This document shows, piece after piece, positions 10,098 to 21,800 of a DNA stretch of 64,000 nucleotides. The notes beneath the pieces are model-generated. The model did not search any database. It was given only the letters and a program-made list of their open reading frames with translations, and had not been told where the DNA came from. Made by a program: the position numbers and the translations under genes. Within the stretch, counting starts at the first letter, position 1; every line of letters starts with the position of its first letter. The stretch lies in assembly GCA_051294375.1 (NCBI GenBank), contig CM119263.1, positions 24,966,688 through 25,030,687 on the forward strand, written 5' to 3'. This stretch comes from Paraspadella gotoi (lineage: Eukaryota > Animalia > Chaetognatha).

Positions 10098-13009
10098 CCA
10101 ATTTCACATCTTACTCCATCCTTCCCTGTTCTCACTTTCACCTGTCCTCATATCTGACCACTGTCCTTTACTCAATTTTTTTGTTGAAAACTTCCTCTCT
10201 CTCTTTTTTTTTTACCAATTTCACATCTTACTCCCTCCTTCCCTGTTCTCACTTTCACCTGTCCTCATATCTGACCACTGTCCTTTACTCAATTCTTTGT
10301 TGGAAACTCTCTCTCTCTCACTCTCTCTCCTAAACTCAATGTTTGTGAAACCGAATAGTATGATTTAAATGCTGATGAAGACTCGAAATCCCAAAGAGTC
10401 GAAACATGTCCGATTTTTATTTGCAAAAAATAAAAACAAATTGTTGTTAAAAAACTATTTTTTCGTTAATCTCCTATCAAACTTTGTAAATAACAACAAA
10501 AGAGAAAGTCGAAATACAATTTTAAAAATATACATATTTTGCGCTAATGATAGAGACTTCGAGTCTCGTATTAGCCAATGTAGTAATTTCGTAGTTAAAT
10601 TATTCATTTACAAGAGAATCTATGGTTTCGACTCTTTTATATTTAATTAATTTAATTTAATTTAAGCAGTATTACTAATTTTCATGACTATCATGAATTT
10701 ATTATTTTAGCAATGTTTTTATTATTTTTGTCAAAATTATCTGACAGTTCTGAATGAACATTATCACAATACTATATCAATTTAGTCCGCGCCAACACCA
10801 ACCACCTCTAACGATAATTTGTTGATTTATTCTGTGTTACATTGCAATCAATACAATGGCTTCAAAGCGTCAATTACCTGGATCTTCCATTTACAAAAAA
10901 TAGTTCTTTTCTCTGTCCAGCAATTGCAAGTTATGATGGGCTGAATTTTTATGACTGACCCATTTTCATAGACCTTAAATAAGTGAGGTATCAAGCGGTA
11001 ATTAATATGGAGGAGATCTTTAATCGATCCATCACTTGTCAAACACAGATGCGAGGTACCGCTCGTCCACAATGTGATAAGCGAAAAATATTGAATGATT
11101 ACTTGGGGCAAAGCTTCCAGGATGCAATGAATCAAATTGTGAAACAAAATTAGGTCGCTTTTAATTTTTAAAGTACTGAGACGATCAGGTGTTTTAAAAA
11201 AGTTGTGAAACTAGGTAATTAGGGAAATAGTTTTTCATAATATGCTCGATTTTGATTTTACTTTTAATATAACCATAACATAAGCTAAATAGTCACTTGT
11301 TGCCTTGTCGATGAAATGCAGCCGGAAAAACGATTTTAACTTTTTAACTGTATTAGTGATACTTAAACTAAACTATAAGATTTTTTTTTAAAGCGACTGA
11401 TATTTTTAATAATATATAACTCATTTTAAAAACCTGATTTTTTGATTTGTAAAATTATTGTCCATAAAAAAATCTGTAGTTAGAGGACATATACTTAAAC
11501 CTAAGCAGTGAAAAATCACAGTTAGGAATAGGTACCGTGACTGGTTAAAAAGTCTTGGATATAGGCGCCGATTAATTTGCAAAGCTGTAAGCCCAAAAAC
11601 TGTTGTGATGATACAATTGGCCAAAATGAAACCTACACTTATCCATCCCAGAATATTCAGTTTCAAAACGGGATGAGTTACGTAGAGTTTCGTCGTCTTA
11701 AGATCAGTTACAAGGTCCACAATTTGTAAAACATTGATTCCAATGAGAATCAAGATCTGTAAAAAAGTTTCCATGTCTTGGGTAAACTTTAAACTCTACA
11801 GGATACGCGCGACGAATTTTTCTTTATATACTCTGTTAGGGCCCCGAGCGACCCCGCCCATTCGTCTTTGTCGCTTCCGTCAATGACGTTACTTTCGTAG
11901 TTGCACTTTTTTTAATCAATTCTTTCATTAATCTTCTGTCAACTAAACAAAAATTTCTGAAGCGATTCGATTAGTAGAAGAAAAAAACTAACTAACAAAC
12001 GTTGTTTATTAATCTAAAAGAAAAAAAATACGAAAACGGGGAAAAAACAAACAAGAATTAATTGAGCAGGAAGCAGGTAGAAAATAAATAATATTTGATA
12101 AATTTGACTACCCTTGAAAAAAATTACAAATTTACACATCCGGATATAGATATTATTTGAAATTTATAATTTCATATTTTTTTCCTTACATAATACATAA
12201 ATTTTTACATTAATTTTTAAATTTTAATATAAAATTTTAAAGTGTAATATAGTAAAAGAAGTAATCTTGCAATTTTTCATAAATATCAGAACTTTCGTTT
12301 TTGTTAAAAATGTACTTTTTTCCTTAATTCGTCGACGAAATAATAGTGAGATATCTCGAAAGATTCAATCAACAAAAGAAAATATAATTTTCTAAACAGT
12401 TCTTGCAGGAACTTAATTAATCAAGACATACGAAAAAAACAAATGCAAGAGTTAAAGACAAAGAAGAAGATTAAGAAGAATACTAAAAAAAAAACTTTCG
12501 ATGCTAGAAAATCTTTCTTTATAATTAGTCAACGTTCGGAATTGACACTAGCAGTTTAAAAGAAGAAAAGACGAGAGAGAGAAAAAAATTTTAGAGATTG
12601 AGAATATATGGTCATTGGTCAATGACCTATTGGCCATACCATTGCGCCCTAACCAATTATAACCAATCTATTAAACATAGATGTACTACGGGATTAAATG
12701 TCCTTTTCTCTCCTTCGATTTCATACCTTTTCTTGTCCCCCTGGAATACATTTAAATTGCACTCAACTGTTATTGAAACATGATAAAAAAAAATGAAAAG
12801 TTAGCCCGTTCATCTGCCCAAAAATGACGATTTGTAAAATATTGCGGACGCAACAATCTTTTTACCATTGGGGGATCCTCAGGCAGCATCCGGAACACGT
12901 CGCCCGGCCGAACATCGGGCACAACCGGTCGACTCTCGATTGACTCCATGTAGTCGGCGAGGAAATCCACCATCTTCTTTCCGGCAACGCGGAAAGTCTT
13001 CGGATCCAT
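3546..13009 (-). CDS. Ddc: Aromatic L-amino acid (DOPA) decarboxylase, PLP-dependent group II; 3' end missing
   Basis: GT-AG exons approx. 13009-12866, 5862-5692, 5090-4956, 4811-4667, 4552-4401, 4161-4012, 3770-3546. Motifs: [89 protein letters not shown] (PLP Lys), [14 protein letters not shown] (DDC-type rather than the TDC/HDC IPLSRR). Confidence 0.93.
5372..5622 (-). repeat. GC-rich structured intronic repeat fragment, related to 32459-32660
   Basis: Shares ordered motifs with 32459-32660 (GCAAC, GCCC, GCATCTC, GGCTT..GACC..CAGYGAC..GCCACTGGCG). Ends in a GC hairpin followed by a T run on the minus strand. Confidence 0.5.
6130..6551. mobile_element. Fold-back (inverted-repeat) element, probably Penelope-like pLTR-derived, with (AG)n inner ends
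   Basis: 6130-6240 is the reverse complement of ~6400-6551. The right arm carries CTGAAGA-A-GACTC..GAGTC-GAAACATG. Shares sequence with the 9561-10471 element. Confidence 0.65.
7623..11774 (-). CDS. XK-related multi-pass membrane protein (scramblase family), nested in Ddc intron 1
   Basis: Exons approx. 11774-~11430, ~11210-10878, ~9404-7623 (exon 1/2 junction uncertain). XK-like motifs [23 protein letters not shown] and [13 protein letters not shown]. Many hydrophobic segments. Confidence 0.65.
9805..10330 (+). repeat. Tandem minisatellite, 4 units of ~120-135 bp
   Basis: Unit TTTTACCAATTTCACATCTTACTCCATCCTTCCCTGTTCTCACTTTCACCTGTCCTCATATCTGACCACTGTCCTTTACTCAATTCTTTGTTGGAAAC(TC)n starts near 9826, 9962, 10094 and 10211. 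Confidence 0.9.
10366..10417 (+). ncRNA. Candidate minimal type I hammerhead ribozyme
   Basis: CTGATGA (10372-78), extra A, helix II GACTC/GAGTC, GAAA, palindromic CATG, then TC (predicted cleavage after 10410). Helix I is only weakly paired. Confidence 0.55.
11823..11890 (-). promoter_or_regulatory. Putative core promoter of the nested XK gene
   Basis: TATATAAA on the minus strand at 11830-11823 (~50 bp upstream of ATG 11774), GC box CCCCGCCC at 11852-59, and a CRE-like TGACGT near 11884. Confidence 0.5.
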
Positions 13010-14221
13010 GGGTGGGCGTGGCTGTTAAGTATCAGGCGTCAAGAACCGTGGATGTCGGACAAGATTCCCTCGTGAAATCGTCCCTTCGGCTTCGTTGACC
13101 TTTGAGTAGATCACAGTTTGATTTATCACGACTTTATGAGTGGGAGTACCAGACGACTTAAAAAATATTAATTATTTTTATAAACAAAGCGTTGAATGGG
13201 CGTCTAAGGGCGACGTCGAAAAAAGGTTTGACGCAAAAAAACGAGCGGCGCTTGACGACGACGTCTACGACGCCGCCGAGGACGACGACGACGGCGTCCA
13301 ATCGGCTTCGCCCATCTTTCGCCCCCATCTCACCCATCATCAATTCCTTTCACCGTCATCCTTCTCGCGCGACGTCGCGTCACGCGTCGCTTCTTCCCGC
13401 TGATATATTTGCCGTCTTAATTGATTTCCGGTCGTCGGGAGTGCGACCGCGCATCTCGATCGCTCCGGCGCCATTTCCGGCGTCGAAGGAAAATGGGGAG
13501 AACGTCGCCGAGTTCGATTGACGTTGGAATGACCTCGGGAAGTTCTCGTTCAAGGAAGAGTCTTATATTATCAGTTAGATTCATATTTTTTACGATATCT
13601 GCAAAGCTATGAGTCGGTCCCTGATTTTTTATATATAACTTTGTTCGACATTAAACAATCAAAGTTATGATTATAGTCATGTTTTTATTGAAGAGCTTTT
13701 TCATTCTTAGTGTATGTATAAAAGGAAAGTATATTTTTTCTTCATTGACCCGACTTCTATTTCTGAGACTTTAGCGGATTTATTTGTTAATTTGTTCTTA
13801 ACTTCGACTCGTTTCCTGAAGGCGATAAAAAAAAATTCAATCAACGATTGCTACGTGTTTTTACTACCAACGTGGCAAATAACGATGAAACAGATTCACT
13901 GTTCGCATTCCCTACGACGCTAACTTCGATGGTTCAGCTATGTTATTCAAAATCAGTAAGAAATTAACAAAAATGCTTCTTACGATTGCTGACATTACTT
14001 GTCATAGGCGCCTATAATATTAGGTATTATTACTATTTTATTATAGCGTCTATTATTAAGACCCGAAAAATCAGAAACTGGCAGATACGCCGAGAATTCT
14101 CTTTTGGGAACAAAAGTTGTACGTTCACGCTTTTTATCTTAGGACGGAATCCGATTTTTACTTTTATTAATCTCACTCTGTTAATTAATCAAAGTAATCA
14201 GATCGTGATTTTTACTGAGTG

Positions 14222-14332
<111 letters not shown>

Positions 14333-15232
14333 TTCTAATAAATCCCCTCAATTCTCCATTTCCTCACCGCCGTCCAAGCGCTTAATTCGTAAGTGTACAA
14401 CGGGACGAAATTGTTACAAAAAGTAAATTAAGTCCATCATCGGCACACGCTCGAAATATTTATTCCTTTTCTTGTACGTCTCTTAGTAATTATTGTTTTT
14501 AAATTTTGCGACAACAATTTTTTTTAGTACTATCTCGCCAATAATAATTTTGTTTTTACAAACCTTTGTTTCTTCTTTTCTCTCTCTGTCTCTCTTTTTC
14601 CCACTCTATCGCTCTCGATTCTTCGAGGTTTTCTGGCACAAAACTTTGATTGGACGGGGTCCAGTAATCGGCACTCTCTTTTTGTCTCAAGCCTCCAATC
14701 GTAACGGAATTCTTCCTTTTCCGGCGTTACACGACGCCATTTTCTATCCATCTCCCTAATAAACCGTCGACGGGCTGGACTGGTCAAGAAAGGGGCAAAA
14801 AAATCCACGAGAAAATGACTCAGAATCTAAAGAATCTTCTTGAGGTCGCGATCGGCGCCGATGGGAAACAATGAAGCAACGGCGACCTTCGTCGGGTCTC
14901 AAAATATCAACCGCTTCCCTTTTGTTTTTAAAAGTTTTACATTTTCCTCGCAACGCGGGGCTCTTGTCTCTCTCCCCTCCTCTTCGCGGTTGGCGTCATT
15001 CCGGACGACAATCTTATTTTTTCTCTTTCCGATTTCCCGACGCGAACTTTCTTTTTTACTTTTCCTAGAAATTCTCCCTCTTTTTTTATAGGGGGTCTCT
15101 TTTTTTTCAAATTCGAAGCCCGACAAGAAATTTGGGAACAAATTCGGATCAAAAACCGCGAAAAAAAAAATCTCGAAAAAAAAAGTCGGGGGGAGATAGG
15201 GGGTTAGGGAAGAGACGACGAGGTTGGTGTGG

Positions 15233-15651
<419 letters not shown>

Positions 15652-16469
15652 TCCTTTCACGCACTCATTTTTTGTTAACGCCTTTTTCTCAAACTGTTTT
15701 CTTTTTTATTTACGGCGAACCCCGTATGTTTTGAAATTCCGTATGAAGAAAAACGGGGTGGAAAAGGCGGACTTTTCGTTTTTGGTTGTTGTCATCAAAA
15801 AACTTATTTTCATTGGCCGCCCTATTTTTCTCGAAGAAATGAATTTGGTGACTATTTAGTATTCAGTACATTGAGTAATGAGTATGAAGCTTCAGGATAT
15901 TGTCATAGGTCTACACCAGAAGTTGATTTAAAACGGTGTACGTTAATGGAATGAGGATTGAGGAATTCAATAAAGCGTGACTAATTCTCAGGACTGTAAA
16001 TCAGTTTCAGAAAAATACCCATCTTTGCGTTGACACACCGGCACATTCTGTATATATGCCATTGCTGGATGCTGCCGAAGAGCGGGTTATTAACCCCAAG
16101 TTCTCTCTATACGAGCGGGCTCGGTGATCCTTTTTTAGGATGGCGTGAAGTGAAATCACAAGTTGGGAGATTGTGAGGTCCTATCCGTTGTTGGGAGGGC
16201 ATTAGGACTCTAGGCGGGGTGGGCGTAAAACCATGAGGTGACGAGTTTTGGAGGTTTCGCCGCGTGTCGTCCGTCCGGTGTTTTCCTCGCCGACTCATCG
16301 TCAAATTTGACGCTTGCTTGGAGGTTCCGAGAGAGTCGTCGTCGTCGTCGTCATTGTCGTCTTCGTTGTCATCGTCGACTTTTCATATCCTAATTTCTTT
16401 TCTATCTTTTCCTCCACTTTCTGCGCTGCTCCCGTTTCTTTCCGGGAAAATTTTGCGGTTGAAACCGTA

Positions 16470-16604
<135 letters not shown>

Positions 16605-17896
16605 CCATCTGTGCTTTTTCGAAGGATATTTTCCATCCGAAGACACGTTTGAAGATATTATCGAATATCTCCAAGACGCCACAACATAAACATGCGGTTA
16701 CGTCCTTTTTTTTTTTTTGAACTACGTAGATGAAATTTAATCGCTGACCGGATTGAAACATTTCCGCATCCAAAATAAAACACAACCCATTATAAATACA
16801 ATTCCTTTCATTTGTTTACTAAAATTTTAAATCTGTTTGAATTACAATTTCATTTCTCGCAAACTTTGTTCAAAAATACTCGCCTCTCCGATTTTTTTTC
16901 CCCCTGACTTTACTCCCCACGAAAATTCCAAATCGCAAACATTTGTTTTCGAAATATTTCGCGACATCAACAATCCTTTCCGCAAGTAAATTGCCTATTA
17001 CGAAAAAAAAAACAAAACAAAATGTCAAAAATATTTTGTCATCGAAATGATCTTTCAACTTTTTTTTTAACCAAAGAGAAAATCTCCCGCTGCCCGCAAA
17101 GACTTACTACAATTTTCGTTGTCAACTCTTGCCAAATTCTCTCCACGTTTCTGGCCTCTAAAGGGAAGAGCTGGACCAAAAGGGGAAGAGTAGAAAATAT
17201 TTTCGTCAAATCGTTTTTGTTCATTCGCGGTTCTCCTTTACATTAGCCGATATTTTTTTAAATATGTAATTATGTATGTCGGTGAATAATCCCTTATCAA
17301 TTTTCATTGATCTCGACTCAAATTCTGATTTTTTATTTAAAAGTTTTTAATGAAGCTTCGATTTTTAACTAATTAAAAATCTAAAAAAAATCAATTTTAA
17401 AATTCCTACATTTACAACTAATTTTCAGGGAAGCATTTAATTCCCCACGATGAATTATCATGCAAATTAGTAAAAATATATTTTTTTGTCTATAACTATT
17501 ATGTTTTCCAAAAGACGGTGATCTTAGTACTCTCAAACTGGAAACAATCTTTTTGGCAAGAAAGTGAAAATACAAAATTTCTTTCTCTATTTTTTTTTGG
17601 TACCAAAATGTTTGAAAAAAAAATACGAAAATCTTTTCTACATTTTTATTATTTAATTTTCATTTCTTCAGTTTAAACTTTCCGTTTCGTAAATATATCG
17701 TTTTCGTTCAACGAGCTTTTTTCTCATCCCCAGTTATCGCTATGACTTTTCACATTTGGATAAAATGTCGTCGAGTGATATCAAACGAGGCCGAGAGGCA
17801 ATTTGGACAGTAATCCTAGGAGCATTTAACTCCAATTTTGGACATTGACAAGAGCGCCCATCTATCGAGAACGCTTAGATACTCGAATGACGTTTT

Positions 17897-17906
17897 NNNN
17901 NNNNNN
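17897..17906. other. Assembly gap (10 N)
   Basis: Run of n characters. Confidence 0.99.
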
Positions 17907-18045
17907 GCCCTAAACGCAGCAAGAAAAAAAAAACAACGACGTCAATTAAAATCTCTTAGCCGACGGAGCTTCGCCAGCGATACGCCGCGCTGCGTGGACG
18001 TTATCTCCGGCTCGTGATGCGAGCGACTCGTCCGGACGTCACTTG

Positions 18046-18486
18046 ATGGCCTTCGACTTTCAAGAGGAGAAAATGAATTTATTTTCCGCGGGAGATTTCG
18101 TAATTTTCTCAGTTTTCATTCTTCACTCGATGCAACTGATTGACTTAACCGCAGGCGAAGTGAGTCTTTATTTGTGAATTGTCGATAACAATTTTTTTAA
18201 AATTTCTTCAGTGCACCATAAAACAACCTAAATCAGGTGTAAGGAAAAACAATTCAGAGATTTAGTTTTACATTTTTTTTTTCTTTCATTCTTGCCTTCT
18301 TACTTTCTTCTTGTCTTAGTTTCTTTCTTTCTTTTCTTTTTTTGTTTTGCAAGTTTTTCTCTTTTCTTTTTTTCTTTTTAGATATCTTTCAGGTTCTCTT
18401 TTCGTTCTCGTCATTTCGGCGTCAGATTCAAAAATAATTCGCGCCTTGGTTCTCTCCTTCTCGCTCTCCTTCCCACTCATTCCATC

Positions 18487-18576
<90 letters not shown>

Positions 18577-18749
18577 CCAGTTTCACTCTATTTTTTGCCT
18601 TTCTTTTCTTTGTTGTCGTGACGAGAAGAAAAGAGTGAAAGAGATTCACACTTAGCGTGAGAGAAAAGAAAAGGAATCTTTGGTTGACTTACGAAAGGCG
18701 CGTCACCACTGGCCCAAAACTCTTTAACCCTCTATCGTCTTCGATACGC

Positions 18750-18807
<58 letters not shown>

Positions 18808-21800
18808 CAGACAGAGACAGAGAGAAAGAGTGAGAGAGTTACTTTTTTTATTTACAAGTATTCTTTTTATTAGGTAGTAAAACTATTTTTTTATAATTAT
18901 AATTCCGATCTATAATGAGCTCGTCTTACTCTTAGTTTCGATGAAGAGCCATACGAAATTGACATTTTTTGTATGGTTATGACATTGTTTGCCATTCTAG
19001 ATTCCCCTCAGCGTCTGGATCAGCCTTTCCAACGTGACATCGACCGAACTTTTTATTTCTCGATTTCTGCGCGATAAACCGGCGACGCAAAAGGATGAGG
19101 CCAAGAACGAAGTCGGTGAGGCTTCCTCATTGTTTCGATTATTAATGTTTTATTACACTCCTTTATTTATTTATTCAATCATTCATGCATACTTTTATTC
19201 ATTCATTCATCAGTGTTGATCCATTGATTGATTGATTGATTGATTGCTTCATTCATTGATTCATTGATTCATTGTTTCATTGATTCATTGATTTATTCTT
19301 TCATTCATTCATTCATTCATTCAAACCAGTCAAATTACTACTCTGCTACGAACTATCCTTCCATTTCCTTTTCCTCAGGACCCCAAACAAAGTTGCCCAC
19401 TCACCCGAAACTCCCGATCGAGTCTCAGCAGCTTCAGCAGCGGCCGGTGCAGCAGCATAAACCCGCGCCGGCCTTCGCCTTCCCGTTTTGGCATCCGGCG
19501 TCGGCGTCGACTTCCTCGTCTTATTCCGGAGCCGGACGATATTTTCCCGGCGACGCCGGCTGGAGCTTCGCGTCGAACGGTTTCTTTGGCGGACCCGGGA
19601 TTTCGTCGTCGTCGGCGACGAGTATTGAGGGTGAGACAGACCTTTCGTTAGATCTGACTAAATTTCATGGTGCTCTTCCCGTCAGTTATTATTTGTTGTA
19701 TTTTCGTTTGTTACTTGGTGATGGTATTTTTTATTTCCAACATCGCATTGTAAATATTATTCTTGGCTTTCAAGCTGGTTAAATCGAAAGAATCCGCAAT
19801 ACTAAAGTAAATTCCCACCTTTCAGAAATTTTCTGTCATTGTCTCATTGCTTTATCGCACCCCTATGTATTTCCCATTCCGGACTCTCACTTTCCTGCCA
19901 CGGTCGGTGACTGGTTTTCTGAGGGGATCACAGATCGATATTTTTCCTCCCCAGAGCACATCGGTGTAGGGATCAAGACGCGCGTCTTTTCCGAACAAAA
20001 GGTTCAAAACAAGTTGACTCCACTTTCCAAATCTACTCAAGGTATTGGAGAGTATCGCAGCTACTTATTGTACAATATCATTACAATCATTACAAACGTT
20101 TAAAAAGTATTCCTTTTTTTATTCTACATACTACATACTACTACTATAGTACAGAGAGGGGTTCAAAATAAACAATTCAAAATTAGACAAATCGAACATT
20201 TCCTCCTATTCTTCCTCGTCCTCATCCTCCAGCTTTAATGATGTCCAACTTGGCGCAACCGTCCCAAGGCTGCCGTCCGTCTCCCACCTGCGTCCAGCTG
20301 GCGCCGCCCAATCGCGACCCCGACGTCATCTTTTGGCCAATCACCACCGAAGTGGACAGATGCGCCGGATGCTGCAATCACGAGTCGTTGCATTGCGTGG
20401 CCAAGGATTGGGACTTGAGAAAGATCAAGGTGAGTACGAGATCAATTATAATGACAACAAAATATTGATACAGTGACACACGGTATACTGTGACGCACAA
20501 TAGGTAAAGCAAAATTTGTACCATAATTTTTTTTAAAAACTGTAAAAACATGAGATCCACATTTGCTTTTTTTTTTTTAAAGTAAACAAAATCCGAAATT
20601 AGTATGAGGCCTTCTCGATAACCATTTGTTGGCTATTAACTTCCGTCCTTCATTTTCATCGTCCCGCGTCGACGAGCCACTCGGCGGCCCGATCTTCAAG
20701 ACATCGACGAGACGCTAACTCTAGGCATTCGGCGCCCGAAGCAGCTGAGGCACAACCTTCGCAACTCTTGGCGAAACTTGTCGACGAAGACGAAGTAGAC
20801 GAAGAAGTTGACGCCGTTGTTGAGGCGAAGGAGAAGGTTACAGATTTTGTATCCCGTCGACGACTTCTCCTGAGGTTCGCCCGAGATTCGGAAGATGCCG
20901 AAGGGCAGCGTCAACGCCGTGAAGGAGACGCAGAGCGCCACCAACATGGAGGCCGTTTGACGCTGAATGCGGGCGCCGAACCGACGCGGAGGGGGCGAGG
21001 TGGGGGTAGCTGGGGAAAGGGAGGGAGATAACGTCTTAGTGGTCGTCATTGTCGTCGTCGCCGTCGTCGTCGCCTCATCCACTGCAGAATGAGAGCGAGC
21101 GACGATACGTTTGGAGCGCGTCGGCAGAGGCGGAGATGGTTCGTCGTGGCATGGAGAAGTTTCTTTCGTGATTCCGCCATTAGAGTTTAATTGTTTATTC
21201 GTTGGCACGGCGTCATTTTCGATGGAGACGGTCGTCAATGGCTGTGGAGAAGATATTTTCGAGGTGGAGGAATCGACGAAAGAAGAAGAAGAAGGGAGTG
21301 ATTGAGGAGTAGGAGCAGCAGGAGAGATTGGAGGTGGAGCTGTCGGTGGGAGAATAGTGGGTGGTGTGGTTGAAGCAGGTGGAAGTGGATGAAGAGTAGA
21401 AGAAGATGATGAAGGATTGGAAACTCCAGCTGCTCGGAGCGGCGAGAGCAAAGTCCACGGACGACTGTTCGCTCCTGGGGAGGAGACTTTGATTATTTTA
21501 CTACCTTTCCTGAAATCGCACGACGGGTTGTCATCATCCCATACCGCAAACGTCGTGCCATCCGGATCTGAAACCTGGAGGCTTCCATTTGAAGAAGGCG
21601 TGGACCAAAATGTAAACAGTGGATGCGGTGACGATTATGATGGGAACGAATGTGCAACCGATGGTCATAAGTAGCATTTCTGTCGTGTAGGTCTGGATGA
21701 CAAAGTATGTTGTTTAATAGCTCTCGCTCTCGCTCTCGCTCTCTCTTACCATCGCAAAAGTTCCGTTCACGTTGAAATGGCACCGGAAGATTTTAAGGTC

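Larger units (their letters stand above)
9561..10471. mobile_element. Fold-back element with ~170-bp inverted arms and an internal tandem array; Penelope-like pLTR-derived
   Basis: 9561-9730 is the reverse complement of ~10308-10471. Both arms contain the GACTC..GAGTC-GAAACATGTC hairpin motif. Confidence 0.7.

Noticed and set aside
9731-10368. Repetitive hydrophobic ORFs, and the array as a possible CRISPR
   Set aside because: Tandem minisatellite with near-identical units and no unique spacers; eukaryotic context and no cas genes.
13140-13612. Overlapping short GC-rich ORFs upstream of Ddc
   Set aside because: No recognisable protein; more likely Ddc 5' UTR or promoter sequence with (GAC)n-like low complexity.
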